DNA of 63,851 nucleotides, filler included, from Vicugna vicugna (lineage: Eukaryota), in NCBI GenBank assembly GCA_013265495.1. It is 75 parts of 74 records of this genome, joined end to end, with 100 filler letters (N's around TTAATTAATTAA, not from the genome) between each part and the next. Parts side by side here need not be neighbours in the genome. Positions count along the whole stretch, not along the records: positions 12,394 to 13,101 come from PNXW01029700.1; positions 13,202 to 14,020 come from PNXW01029716.1; positions 14,121 to 14,914 come from MU063542.1; positions 15,015 to 15,720 come from PNXW01029719.1; positions 15,821 to 16,584 come from PNXW01029720.1; positions 16,685 to 17,132 come from MU063543.1; positions 17,233 to 17,738 come from PNXW01029725.1; positions 17,839 to 18,328 come from MU063544.1; 67 more parts are not named here. One strand, 5' to 3'. Under the pieces are notes generated by a model that was not told the DNA's origin, made no database searches, and saw nothing but the letters and a program-made list of their open reading frames with translations. This document shows, one piece after another, positions 12,394-23,680 of the stretch. The position numbers and the translations under genes were made by a program. Every line of letters starts with the position of its first letter. Position 1 is the stretch's first letter.

Positions 12394-13101
12394 AATCCCT
12401 CGGTCAGGAGCAGACATAGGAAAGCAAGTGCAAAGCAAAGAAAACAATGCTGTTGAATCCTGGGGTAAGAAAAGACATGAAAGACTAGGTTTCGTAAGAG
12501 TCCCAGATGGAAAAGCAAGAGATAAAGAGAAAAAAAAATGTCTGAAATGTTACCTGTAGGAAACTCAGACAGAAAATTGCTGAAAGCCAAGACAGAATCA
12601 TCTGTGCGAATTCAGGAAGTACACAGCGTCCAAAGGAGGTGGAATCCAAATAGACATACCAGCAGCTGTAGGATTCAAATCAACAAAGTTCATGAGCATC
12701 CCAGTGATTTAAAATGCGCCTGGAGGAAATCAACATAGTCACAATAGAACCTCCAGAGGGGTTTCAGCTGATATCTCGGCAGCAATATTGCAGGACAGGG
12801 AGGAGTGCCACGACATAGACCATATTCTGAATGGCAAAATGCTAGAATGGCAAAATGCTGCCATCTAGGGTAGCCTATGCCACATGACCACCATTTCTAA
12901 TAACGGCAGAGCTAGAGAATTCCACAGACCGGCCAATTTTAAAAGAATTCAGCAGTTCGAAACTAATCCTACAAGAAAGGTTGAGAATTCTCCCCTGAAT
13001 AGAAAAGCAGCAAGATGAAATGGAAAGAAGAAAACCATTATTGGAAATGCAGGTATAGCATGAGTGGCAAAGAAGAAAGAGGAAGAAGGCAAGGAGGACA
13101 T
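12394..13101 (+). mobile_element. Decayed L1 ORF1 3' half plus inter-ORF spacer
   Basis: Translated remnants IQEVHSVQRRWNPNRHT, SADISAAILQDREECHDI and LKEFSSSKLILQERL match L1 ORF1p motifs (IQEAQR.P.R.NP.R.T; SADFSAETLQARREW; L.EF...KP.LQE.L). Confidence 0.85.
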
Positions 13102-13201
13102 NNNNNNNNNNNNNNNNNNNNNNNNNNNNNNNNNNNNNNNNNNNNTTAATTAATTAANNNNNNNNNNNNNNNNNNNNNNNNNNNNNNNNNNNNNNNNNNN
13201 N

Positions 13202-14020
13202 GAACATTTACTCAGCGTTCTAAATCGGTATTCTAGAGTCAGTTTGAAGTTCATGCAGTTTTCACAGAAAACGGTATTGGAGATAGAATCTCTACATATA
13301 TATACATGCAGTGTATATCCCACTGAAAAGAAAATGTGTTCCCAAGAAGCAGGTGCAGGATGGTTTCACACAAATTATTTTTCTGAGCTACTCATGCAGT
13401 GAGAAGTACGTTCATCTAGCACAAAGGGAACGGGTTGCATAAGAAAGACTGACTCAGAATACAAATTCAAGAACCGAATTTCATGCAGTTAACGACATAA
13501 AATATTGCTGGAATTAGAATTTATCAATATATACGAATGTAGTGTAGTTTCAAAAAGAAAAGAATCTTTAATGACTAAAAAAGACAAGTGAAAAGAAAAT
13601 ATTACATAAAAACACATAAAATAGAGCATGTGGAGGGAGGTTCGTTCATCTAGCACAAAGGTAACTGGTTGCAGGAGAAACACTTACTTTGATTTCTCAG
13701 ACTGTTTCCTACTGCCAGTTTGAAGATGCTGTAGTTTTCACTCTAAAACCGAGTTGGAGCTTGTACCTAACCATATATATGTACGCAGTGGAGTTTACAA
13801 CTGAAAAGAAACTTTGTGTACCTAACAAGCTAGGTGAAGGACGGCTTTCACACACACTTATCTCTCAGAACTGAGCATGTGGAGAGACGTTCGTTCATCC
13901 AGCACAAAGGGAACGGGTTGCAGGAGAAACATTTACTCTGGATTTTCACACTGCATCCTAGTGCCGGTATCAAGATCCTGCGGTTTTCACTGTAAAACAG
14001 AGTTGGAGCTTGTACCTCCC
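13202..14020 (+). repeat. Satellite D (~248-bp), including a diverged monomer
   Basis: CGTTCATC(C/T)AGCACAAAGG at ~13410, 13644 and 13892. Confidence 0.9.
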
Positions 14021-14120
14021 NNNNNNNNNNNNNNNNNNNNNNNNNNNNNNNNNNNNNNNNNNNNTTAATTAATTAANNNNNNNNNNNNNNNNNNNNNNNN
14101 NNNNNNNNNNNNNNNNNNNN

Positions 14121-14914
14121 TCCGTCATACATGTAGCATGTACGGAACCCGTAATGGCATGTTGTGGGAATTCATGTAACTTACATATCTGTTAGCATAA
14201 AATCGCTCCAGAACTATTTTTCTGTGAAAAAAGCACGAATTCGAAACTTGTTTTAGGGAAAGCTTGTGAAAATGTGTACACGAGTCTAGATGATAATATT
14301 CCTTTTATAGAGGATGAAAGATTAATAATACACATGCTCTCAACTCAGGAATGCATGTTTGTCAAATCAGTCATGAATGTAGCATTTAATGAAAACGGAG
14401 TATCATGTAGTTGTAATGTATTCAAATTACATATCTCTAGGTTAGAATTCGCTCCAAGAGTGTTTTTTGGGGATCAAAGTGTGACTCTTGAAACTGGTGA
14501 TAGGAAGAANNNNNNNNNNNNNNNNNNNNNNNNNNNNNNNNNNNNNNNNNNNNNNNNNNNNNNNNNNNNNNNNNNNNNNNNNNNNNNNNNNNNNNNNNNN
14601 NNNNNNNNNNNNNNNNNNNNNNNNNNNNNNNNNNNNNNNNNNNNNNNNNNNNNNNNNNNNNNNNNNNNNNNNNNNNNNNNNNNNNNNNNNNNNNNNNNNN
14701 NNNNNNNNNNNNNNNNNNNNNNNNNNNNNNNNNNNNNNNNNNNNNNNNNNNNNNNNNNNNNNNNNNNNNNNNNNNNNNNNNNNNNNNNNNNNNNNNNNNN
14801 NNNNGATGAAAGGTTTCCACATGCTCACAAGTCAGAAACGCATGATTGCCAAATCCTTCATAGATGTATCATTTACGGAACCCGGAATGCCATGTTGTTG
14901 GAATTCATGTAAAT
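14121..14914 (+). repeat. Satellite B
   Basis: Matches the B subunits of 45818-46815. Confidence 0.93.
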
Positions 14915-15682
14915 NNNNNNNNNNNNNNNNNNNNNNNNNNNNNNNNNNNNNNNNNNNNTTAATTAATTAANNNNNNNNNNNNNNNNNNNNNNNNNNNNNN
15001 NNNNNNNNNNNNNNGCCCCATGACTAAGATATCTGAGTCCACAAGTTCAGAGGACCCAGAAGAAACAGGGTCTCAGTGGTTCACACAGGTTTGGCCTCCA
15101 ACTGCACCAGTACTCATGGTCACAGGTAACTAGGAGGGAGCCACAATGGAGACAGAAATTCCATCTTTCAGACCCTCAGACATTCATGACACTGTCCCTA
15201 CTCCCCATTCACAGTGGTGGAGACAAGTTACATTGCAAAACTGGACATGGCAAAGACACTTGCCCGATTCCAAATACCAACCTGTCTTTACACCTTTCCT
15301 CATTGTGCTCACTGATTCTCAAGGGATATCAAATGAAAGGAAGGTTTCGCCTCCCAGTGACAACAGTGGCATTAACTACCAGAGAAGTGTAAGAAGTGAC
15401 AATGAAAGTACATCTTTTATCTAGACAGTAGTGACTGGAAAACTGGAAAGTGCCATTTTGAAATATTATCAGAGGTAGCTCACGTAAGTAAAACCAAAAA
15501 TTGTGCCATATTGCAAACTACCAGAAACAAAAACACGGACTCCAACTCCAAATCTGTTATTTAGTGTCATCAGAGCAATAATTTACCAAGATCATGACCA
15601 ATCACAGTTACATTTTAAGGCACACACAATCACTGAAAGACACACACATACAATGACACAGACATAGACGCACACGCACCTG

Positions 15683-15684
<2 letters not shown>

Positions 15685-15720
<36 letters not shown>
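15685..15720 (+). repeat. (CA)n microsatellite at scaffold end
   Basis: Direct reading. Confidence 0.95.
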
Positions 15721-15820
15721 NNNNNNNNNNNNNNNNNNNNNNNNNNNNNNNNNNNNNNNNNNNNTTAATTAATTAANNNNNNNNNNNNNNNNNNNNNNNN
15801 NNNNNNNNNNNNNNNNNNNN

Positions 15821-16015
15821 TCCAGGCCTGTGATCACTGTTCCCTCTGCCCCTAGTCTGCCCACACCTTTGCCTCCATCTTTGACTTATTCAAAGGTCAC
15901 TGCCCTAGCCCCACTCCTCCCTACCACACATTCTTCGCCCTCCTTTATTTTCCTCCACAGCACTTATCACCAGCTCACACACCCTATATTTCTTTCTTTT
16001 ACTTATTTTCTCTGA
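15821..16015. mobile_element. L2 LINE fossil fragment
   Basis: CTGTTCCCTCTGCC...TTTATTTTCCTCCACAGCACTTATCACC is typical of the L2 3' region. Confidence 0.55.
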
Positions 16016-16355
16016 CGATTTTCAGACTGGAAAGGCCATGGTGGATAATAGCAGAGAAATGGGGGTAAAAAAGACAAATGAGGGATGGTATCTTCTAAAA
16101 GTTAAAATGCCCACCTGAAAAGGAGGTAGGAGATAAAGTAGTAGTAGTCATTACAATTTTGGTAAACCCAAGGTACGTAGTCAGGACTTGTTTTCACAAT
16201 ATTTGGGGGTAGGGAGGCAGCAATAAAAAGAAATATATCCTGAAAACAAGAAATTAAATTCTTGGGAAGATGATGTGTTCAGCTTGAAATGTCAGTAATA
16301 CTTTTATGACCTTGGTCTGATAATAGCCTGCTTTATAATTTGATCTGTTTGACAG

Positions 16356-16471
16356 CTGTGTCATGAATCTAATGGTGCCACAGTTTCGGGAGCAGAACAG
16401 ACCAACTCACAATGGGAACGGGACAATCTGTATCCCCAAACTGGGGTTACTTTATGAATACCCTGAAATGA
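16356..16471 (+). pseudogene. ANO6: ANO6 (TMEM16F)-derived exon copy 1, flanked by intron sequence
   Basis: Acceptor tttgacag|C and donor GAAATGA|gtaagt. Pieces translate as VMNL / VSGAEQ..SQWERD / KLGLLYEYPEM, versus ANO6 W.[39 protein letters not shown] (recalled). Length is 116 nt against ~131 expected. Confidence 0.88.
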
Positions 16472-16684
16472 GTAAGTCATCAATGGAGATTTCTGTGTTG
16501 TCAGTTTTACTAGAATATGCTTTGGGTCTCAAAAGCATCGGCTACCGTGCCAAACAATGACCTAGCATACCGAAACGGAGCCCGNNNNNNNNNNNNNNNN
16601 NNNNNNNNNNNNNNNNNNNNNNNNNNNNTTAATTAATTAANNNNNNNNNNNNNNNNNNNNNNNNNNNNNNNNNNNNNNNNNNNN

Positions 16685-17132
16685 CGGTCGGCAGCGCGTG
16701 GGTTCTAAGGGAATGCCTAAGGTCGTCTCTCCTGAGGGTTTTCCTAATCTCTCTGTGCCTGGAAATGCTAGGGGGATTTGCAGGATATCCCAGTGACAGA
16801 GGCTGCCTCCCCAAGGTCAGGGAAGATATTTCTCGGACTTCCCCGAACAGGGAACACCTGTGACTGAAGAGAGCTNNNNNNNNNNNNNNNNNNNNNNNNN
16901 NNNNNNNNNNNNNNNNNNNNNNNNNNNNNNNNNNNNNNNNNNNNNNNNNNNNNNNNNNNNNNNNNNNNNNNGGTTCTAACGGAATGCCTAAGCTCGTCTC
17001 CCCTGAGGTTTTTCCTAATGTCTCTGTGCCAGGGAATGCTAGGGGTGATTGCAGGATATCCCAGTGGCAGAAGCTGCCTCCCCATGTTCAGGGAAGGTTT
17101 TTCTCAGACTTCCCCGTCCAGGGAACACCTGT
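16685..17132 (-). repeat. Satellite A (267-bp), reverse orientation
   Basis: Reverse complement of the A monomer. Confidence 0.95.
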
Positions 17133-17232
17133 NNNNNNNNNNNNNNNNNNNNNNNNNNNNNNNNNNNNNNNNNNNNTTAATTAATTAANNNNNNNNNNNN
17201 NNNNNNNNNNNNNNNNNNNNNNNNNNNNNNNN

Positions 17233-17738
17233 TTGCATTCCTTTTACCTCTTTCTCTTGTTTGATTACTGTGGCTAGATATTTCCAGTCTATGTTGAGTC
17301 GGAATGGTGATAGTGTGTATCCTTTTACTGTCACAGATTTTAGTGTGAAGATTTTGACTTTCTCACCATTCAGTACAATGCTGGCTGTAGGTTTGTAATC
17401 TATAGCTTTTATGATGCTGAGATATGTTTCCTCTATGCCCAATTTGGTGAGATTTTTTATCATAAGTATGTGTTGAATTTTATCAAATGCTTTTCCTGCA
17501 TCTATTGAGATGATCATGTGGTTTTGGTCCTTTCTCTTGTTGATGTGCTGTATTACATTGATTAATTTGCACATGTTGGACCACCCCTGTGTCTCTGGCA
17601 TGATCCCCACTTGGTCATGATGTATAATCTAATCTGTGTTTTTGGGTTCTTTGCGCTACTATTTTGGTGAGGATATTGGCGTCTGTTTTCATCAGTGATA
17701 TTGGCTTATATTTGTTTTGTTTGGTATTGTCTTTGCCT
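17233..17738 (-). mobile_element. L1 ORF2 fragment (reverse transcriptase)
   Basis: ORF 17185-17610 gives [40 protein letters not shown], a canonical L1 RT segment. Confidence 0.97.
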
Positions 17739-18428
17739 NNNNNNNNNNNNNNNNNNNNNNNNNNNNNNNNNNNNNNNNNNNNTTAATTAATTAANNNNNN
17801 NNNNNNNNNNNNNNNNNNNNNNNNNNNNNNNNNNNNNNACCCCTGTGCATAAGTTAGCCCAGAAAGGACAGGGAAAGGAGAGTAACACAGGTGCTCATAG
17901 TCGTATCTTGGCCACTGTCCACGGAAATTGCACTGTGATTAGCGTTAATTGTTTTCCAGGCAGTATATCAGTTCTTATAACAGAAATCTAGTCCATTGAG
18001 TTAATCTAGAATCCCTTCCTGCTCTGCTTCTGTCCATGTTTGCCATGTGACTGCCTGCCCGTGATTGGGCGGTGGAGGAGAAAATGTACTCATGGTTGAA
18101 CTCTGATATTTNNNNNNNNNNNNNNNNNNNNNNNNNNNNNNNNNNNNNNNNNNNNNNNNNNNNNNNNNNNNNNTGTGTGATGAGTTAATGTGAAATCAGT
18201 CCATTGGAGCCCAGGGGTGCTGACGGTATAATTTCTGAGAACGTGTGTCACTTCAACTCGAGCAGACCTGGCTGGAGAATTTTCACCAACCGCACTGATT
18301 TCCCCCAACAGCGGGGTCCTCTCCCACCNNNNNNNNNNNNNNNNNNNNNNNNNNNNNNNNNNNNNNNNNNNNTTAATTAATTAANNNNNNNNNNNNNNNN
18401 NNNNNNNNNNNNNNNNNNNNNNNNNNNN

Positions 18429-19128
18429 GAAAACAGTATTCAGATTTGTGTAAAAACTAAAATGTTTACTACCGTATGACCCAGTAATAACTCTCCTAGG
18501 AAAAATCTGGGGAAAACCTCCTAAATTGAGAAGAACCAATGTTCACAACTGCACTGTTTATAATATGCAAGACAGGGAAGCAATCCAAAAGTGCACAGTA
18601 GACTATGGACTTAAGAAGATATGATGTTTCTATAAATATGCGATGGAATAATACCCAGCCATGAAAAATATAACACATTGCTATTTCAGCATCATGAAAG
18701 GACTTAGTAAATATTGTGCTTAGTGAATTAACTTAGACAAAGACAAAAGAATATAATTTAATTTATCTGTGGAATCTAAAGAATAACAAATATCTGTGTA
18801 CATCTATCTATAGCTATTTATTGATATATGATAGATAAAGTTAGAAGTATAGATATATACATACATGATAGATAGAGTGATAAATAGATAGATAGATAGA
18901 TAGATAGATAGAGCTATAGAAAGATAGATAGAGACATGATGGAGGGGTAAAGAGATTAGATAGACAAGACTTAAGCAGACTCTAAGATATGGGAAGAATT
19001 TATATTTACCAAAGTGGAAGGGAAAGAGAATTTAATGGTAGGACATTGACAGATACAAAGTAGTATATATTAAGTAGAGATGTAACAACGATAATCTGTA
19101 TAGATTAGGGAATTATACACAATAGCTT
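18429..19128 (+). mobile_element. Decayed L1 ORF2 3' end/3'UTR with (GATA)n
   Basis: ACCGTATGACCCAGTAAT...AATGTTCACAACTGCACTGTTTATAAT...GAAGCAATCCAA...TGTGGAATCTAAA. GATA run at ~18884-18912. Confidence 0.85.
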
Positions 19129-19849
19129 NNNNNNNNNNNNNNNNNNNNNNNNNNNNNNNNNNNNNNNNNNNNTTAATTAATTAANNNNNNNNNNNNNNNN
19201 NNNNNNNNNNNNNNNNNNNNNNNNNNNNCAGGTGTACAATAGCTGCTCCATTTATAGTTACTGTAAAACATTGCTGTATTCCCTGTTTTGTAAGATACAT
19301 CCCTGTAGCGTGTTTACATTACATGTTGTAGTTTTTATAAGAAAGTTGGGTAATGCACAGTCTGGGACTTGGCTTTGTCTGACCCAGGTTCACGCTCACC
19401 CTGCCTGTCAGAGCTCAGGCCTTCACTACTGTCTGCAGGGGAGCGAGTGGAGGCAGCTCTCATCAGCCCTGGCACCACCCTCTGAGTGGCAGTGACAGCA
19501 GTGACTGTGTGTGAACGTGCAAAGTGTTGTTCCAAGAGCTTTAATGTTGTTCCAAGAGCTTTACATGCGTTTCTGCATTTAAAAATTAAAGACCTTCTGT
19601 GAGGAAGCGTTTTATGTTTTTAATGTATAATACAATTTATTTTGATATTGATAGATTTCAAACCTCCGGAAAATTTACAGGAGTAATACAATAAACACTT
19701 AGACACAGTTCACCTTAAAGGGCACTATTTGGCTTTTTGTGTCTGGCTTATTTTAGCAGAAAATTTCAAGGTTCATCCATATTTTAGCCTGAATCAGTAC
19801 TTTATTCTTTTTGTTTGATAATATTCTTTTTCTTTTTTTTCGTTTTTGG

Positions 19850-20011
19850 TATTTTTAAAAATATTTTCATTGCAGTCTATTCAGTTTATTATGTTGTGTC
19901 AGTTTCTTGTGTACAGCACAACACTTCAGTTAAATAGGAACATACCTGTATTCATTTATCATACTCTTTTTAAACATAAGTTACTATAATATATTAAATA
20001 TATTCTCCTGT
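19850..20011 (-). mobile_element. L1 3' end (poly-T on + strand)
   Basis: T-rich tract followed by TTGCAGTCTATTCAGTTTATTATGTTGTGTCAGTTTCTTGTGTACAGCA, typical of an artiodactyl L1 3'UTR terminus. Confidence 0.7.
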
Positions 20012-21291
20012 NNNNNNNNNNNNNNNNNNNNNNNNNNNNNNNNNNNNNNNNNNNNTTAATTAATTAANNNNNNNNNNNNNNNNNNNNNNNNNNNNNNNNN
20101 NNNNNNNNNNNCTTTCAAAAAGTTAACAACTTTAAATTTATTAATTTGTAAAGATGAAGTTGAGACAATGGCTACAACTTTTTGGTTATTCGTTCTTTTC
20201 AGAGTCCAGTGTCCAACCCGGTTGGAAACTAATTTTGTATCGTTATCCACTTGGCCAATTTACTATTTGAATTTACTATGAAGGCTTTTTGCTGTGTTTT
20301 GCTTCTTCCCTATGATAAGTCTTTGCGTGGTGCCAACTGTAAGGTACATTTTCAGTAAGTACTTCCTGCTTTGATTTTTGAAAGGCTTGGCATGTGTTGA
20401 GACAGAAATTAAGTTCAGTATACTCTTGAGCTGCTCAGTTTCCCCCTCATAGGCCTAAGTAGCACATGAATTTCTACTCGGATCTTAGAGCTAGAATTAC
20501 AGCAGATGGCACAGTAGTCATCCAGTGTGAACGCTTATCGTGTGGGATCTGAAATACGAATGCGGGTGCTGAGTGATTTATAAAGNNNNNNNNNNNNNNN
20601 NNNNNNNNNNNNNNNNNNNNNNNNNNNNNTTAATTAATTAANNNNNNNNNNNNNNNNNNNNNNNNNNNNNNNNNNNNNNNNNNNNGTTTGGTTAATGATT
20701 CCTATACCTGTGCTCTCCGTAGATTAAAACCTGGGACAGGAGGACAGTGGAATTGTCACACATGATTTCTAACCCTCAGATACAGTCAGATCAGAACTGA
20801 ATATTATCTTCACTTTATTCATTTACATATGTTTTTCTTCTAGGCTTCTAATGAGGAAACATTTACTGAAGAAAAAGATGGCTTTTTTTAAGAGAAAAAT
20901 TTCAGAATTGGTTCATATGTAGTTTAATTTCTCAGGAGGTGTGGTGGTGGTTTGATGGCAAAGGAGAAGGAANNNNNNNNNNNNNNNNNNNNNNNNNNNN
21001 NNNNNNNNNNNNNNNNNNNNAGTGACTTGAGTAATGCAGAAAGTCTCTGCACAGTGCTGAGGGCCCACCTGAAATGTGTGGTCTTACATTTAAAGTGAAG
21101 CCAGTTAAGAAATTGATATAAATCTTGCCAGTAATTATACGACACGTCCCTCCTTCCCCTTCCTCTTTCTTGAAGCTATAACCTCTCTTCTNNNNNNNNN
21201 NNNNNNNNNNNNNNNNNNNNNNNNNNNNNNNNNNNTTAATTAATTAANNNNNNNNNNNNNNNNNNNNNNNNNNNNNNNNNNNNNNNNNNNN

Positions 21292-21905
21292 CGGATCTGT
21301 ACAGAGCAGCCCTTGACCGACAGAACTAAGTTAAACTGGCACAGAGCGTCCCCGCAACACCCAGCCCAAGACGAAGGCTGGAAGCGGCGGGCAGAGCCAG
21401 GCTGCACAAGCCAGGCGGAGCACAGGGGTGGCTGCACGGAGGCAGCTCCGGGGGACTGCAAGGGGCTGGGCGCCGTGGCTGTGGGTGTACAGGACAGAAC
21501 AACCTGGGCCCTCCATAAAACAGCAAGGTTGATGGGCTCTCGGGGGAAGGGTGCATACCCCCAACCCATCTCTGAAAACCCACGGAAAGTTTTCGGGGCA
21601 AGAGAGGCGGGGCCCACGCACAGCCACCATATCCTCCGGCGCTGAGCACCCAGGCGGGGGCGGGGGCGAAGCCTGCATCTGCACCGAAGGGCTCAGCAGC
21701 CTCAAAGGCCAGGCAGAGACTTGTCTACAGCCCGAGGCAGACAGGATCCTTCCATCCTGGTCCCTCAGAGAACTTGCTCCGCCAAGACAAACAAGGACTG
21801 GGTTCTGGCCCAGAGCAGGGACAGGGCTGTTCCGCGGTCTTCCCCAAGCCCAGCTGCAGAGCGCAGACCCGAGGCAGAGGGCGCAGCGGCACAGAGCAGC
21901 GGAGC
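21292..21905 (+). mobile_element. CpG-rich interspersed repeat, probably an L1 5'UTR (younger copy)
   Basis: Homologous to 40820-41286 but retains its CpGs. The L1 5'UTR assignment is inferred from composition. Confidence 0.6.
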
Positions 21906-22005
21906 NNNNNNNNNNNNNNNNNNNNNNNNNNNNNNNNNNNNNNNNNNNNTTAATTAATTAANNNNNNNNNNNNNNNNNNNNNNNNNNNNNNNNNNNNNNN
22001 NNNNN

Positions 22006-22784
22006 ACTACATTTGGTGGATATTTTCAGAGCATTACACCCCCAAAAAATGGGATATACATTCTTTTCAAGTTCCCATGGAACATTTTCCAGGATCGTTC
22101 ATGTACTTGGACACTAAAGAAACCTCAACAAATTTAAGAAGATAGAAATTATCTCAAGCATCTTTACTGACCACAATGCCATGAAACTGGAAATCAACAA
22201 CAGAGAAACAAAGGAGAAAAAAAGAAAAGCATGGAGANNNNNNNNNNNNNNNNNNNNNNNNNNNNNNNNNNNNNNNNNNNNNNNNNNNNNNNNNNNNNNN
22301 NNNNNNNNNNNNNNNNNNNNNNNNNNNNNNNNNNNNNNNNNNNNNNNNNNNNNNNNNNNNNNNNNNNNNNNNNNNNNNNNNNNNNNNNNNNNNNNNNNNN
22401 NNNNNNNNNNNNNNNNNNNNNNNNNNNNNNNNNNNNNNNNNNNNNNNNNNNNNNNNNNNNNNNNNNNNNNNNNNNNNNNNNNNNNNNNNNNNNNNNNNNN
22501 NNNNNNNNNNNNNNNNNNNNNNNNNNNNNNNNNNNNNNNNNNNNNNNNNNNNNNNNNNNNNNNNNNNNNNNNNNNNNNNNNNNNNNNNNNNNNNNNNNNN
22601 NNNNNNNNNNNNNNNNNNNNNNNNNNNNNNNNNNNNNNNNNNNNNNNNNNNNNNNNNNNNNNNNNNNNNNNNNNNNNNNNNNNNNNNNNNNNNNNNNNNN
22701 NNNNAAAATAGAAATGCAGAATATCATACGAAAATATTTTGAAAAACTATATGGAATCAAACTGGATAACCTAGAGGAGATGGA
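22006..22784 (+). mobile_element. L1 ORF2 fragment (endonuclease C-terminus and following region)
   Basis: Translates YTFFSSSHGTFSRI..HVLGH..NLNKFKKIEIISSIFTDHNAMKLEIN and, after the gap, IIRKYFEKLY..KLDNLEEM. Confidence 0.97.
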
Positions 22785-23399
22785 NNNNNNNNNNNNNNNN
22801 NNNNNNNNNNNNNNNNNNNNNNNNNNNNTTAATTAATTAANNNNNNNNNNNNNNNNNNNNNNNNNNNNNNNNNNNNNNNNNNNNCCAGAGGTACCTTTCC
22901 TTTTTTTTCTTTTCCCCTCAAATTAGACACTTCAGAACTGCAGGAGATCTCATGGGTTATGTAACACAAGCCCTTAACAGACAAAATACACTGAATTGAA
23001 CAGACGCGTTTGCAGCTGAAGGAGTTGACATGGGCGTAGGTCTTCCAGCCATGCCAGTTTCTCCTGACAAGTTCACTGTCTGATATTTCAGGGTTTCTCA
23101 AAGTGCTTCTTTAGTAAAGCTTCCGGTATTTTGTAGACTTGTCTTGAAGAAGGTGTTCCAGCACCCTCAGCTTTTCTGAACATGCAGTCAGTCACCTGGA
23201 TTGGCTTGTTTGCAGCCAGATCAAATAAGAGGGGTGTGTGAACACAAAGGAAGCCAGAGCACAAAGAGCCACAGTAAGACCTGAGGGCTTTGACTTCAAA
23301 GAAAATGATGATGTTGGTATTCAGCCGGGCTACCGTGTGTGGGTAGAGAGGGGGAGCCCAGTTCTGAGAATTCTGTGTGTGTGAATAGGACCCCCACCG

Positions 23400-23520
23400 C
23401 GACCCCATTTTATAAGTGAGGAAATGGAAGCACAGAGAAGTCAAATCACTTGTCCAAGTCCTTGAGGTGGTAAAGATGGAGAGAGGGCTGGATCCCTGGT
23501 GGTCTGCCTTGGGAGCTCAG
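23400..23520. mobile_element. MIR SINE fossil
   Basis: CCCATTTTATAAGTGAGGAAATGGAAGCACAGAGAAGTCAAATCACTTGTCCAAG is the MIR core. Confidence 0.75.
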
Positions 23521-23680
23521 GCTTCCCTGCAGGCTGCATAGCTTCTCAAGGAGCAAGGAAGTGTCTGTAGCCAGAGCGGGNNNNNNNNNNNNNNNNNNNN
23601 NNNNNNNNNNNNNNNNNNNNNNNNTTAATTAATTAANNNNNNNNNNNNNNNNNNNNNNNNNNNNNNNNNNNNNNNNNNNN

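Noticed and set aside
13889..13918. CENP-B box in satellite D (TTCGTT...GGGAACGGG)
   Set aside because: The two halves are separated by 13 extra bases and the central A is missing; the spacing is incompatible with the box.
16356..16560. Endogenous bornavirus N-like match (GAEQI, GYRA motifs)
   Set aside because: Motif spacing does not fit; ANO6 explains the exon with correct splice sites, and the remainder is intron.
18174..18245. Possible C/D snoRNA (GTGATGA ... CTGA ... CTGA)
   Set aside because: The 5' flank lies in a gap, no terminal stem can be verified, and I recognise no guide or family. An Rfam cmscan would be needed.
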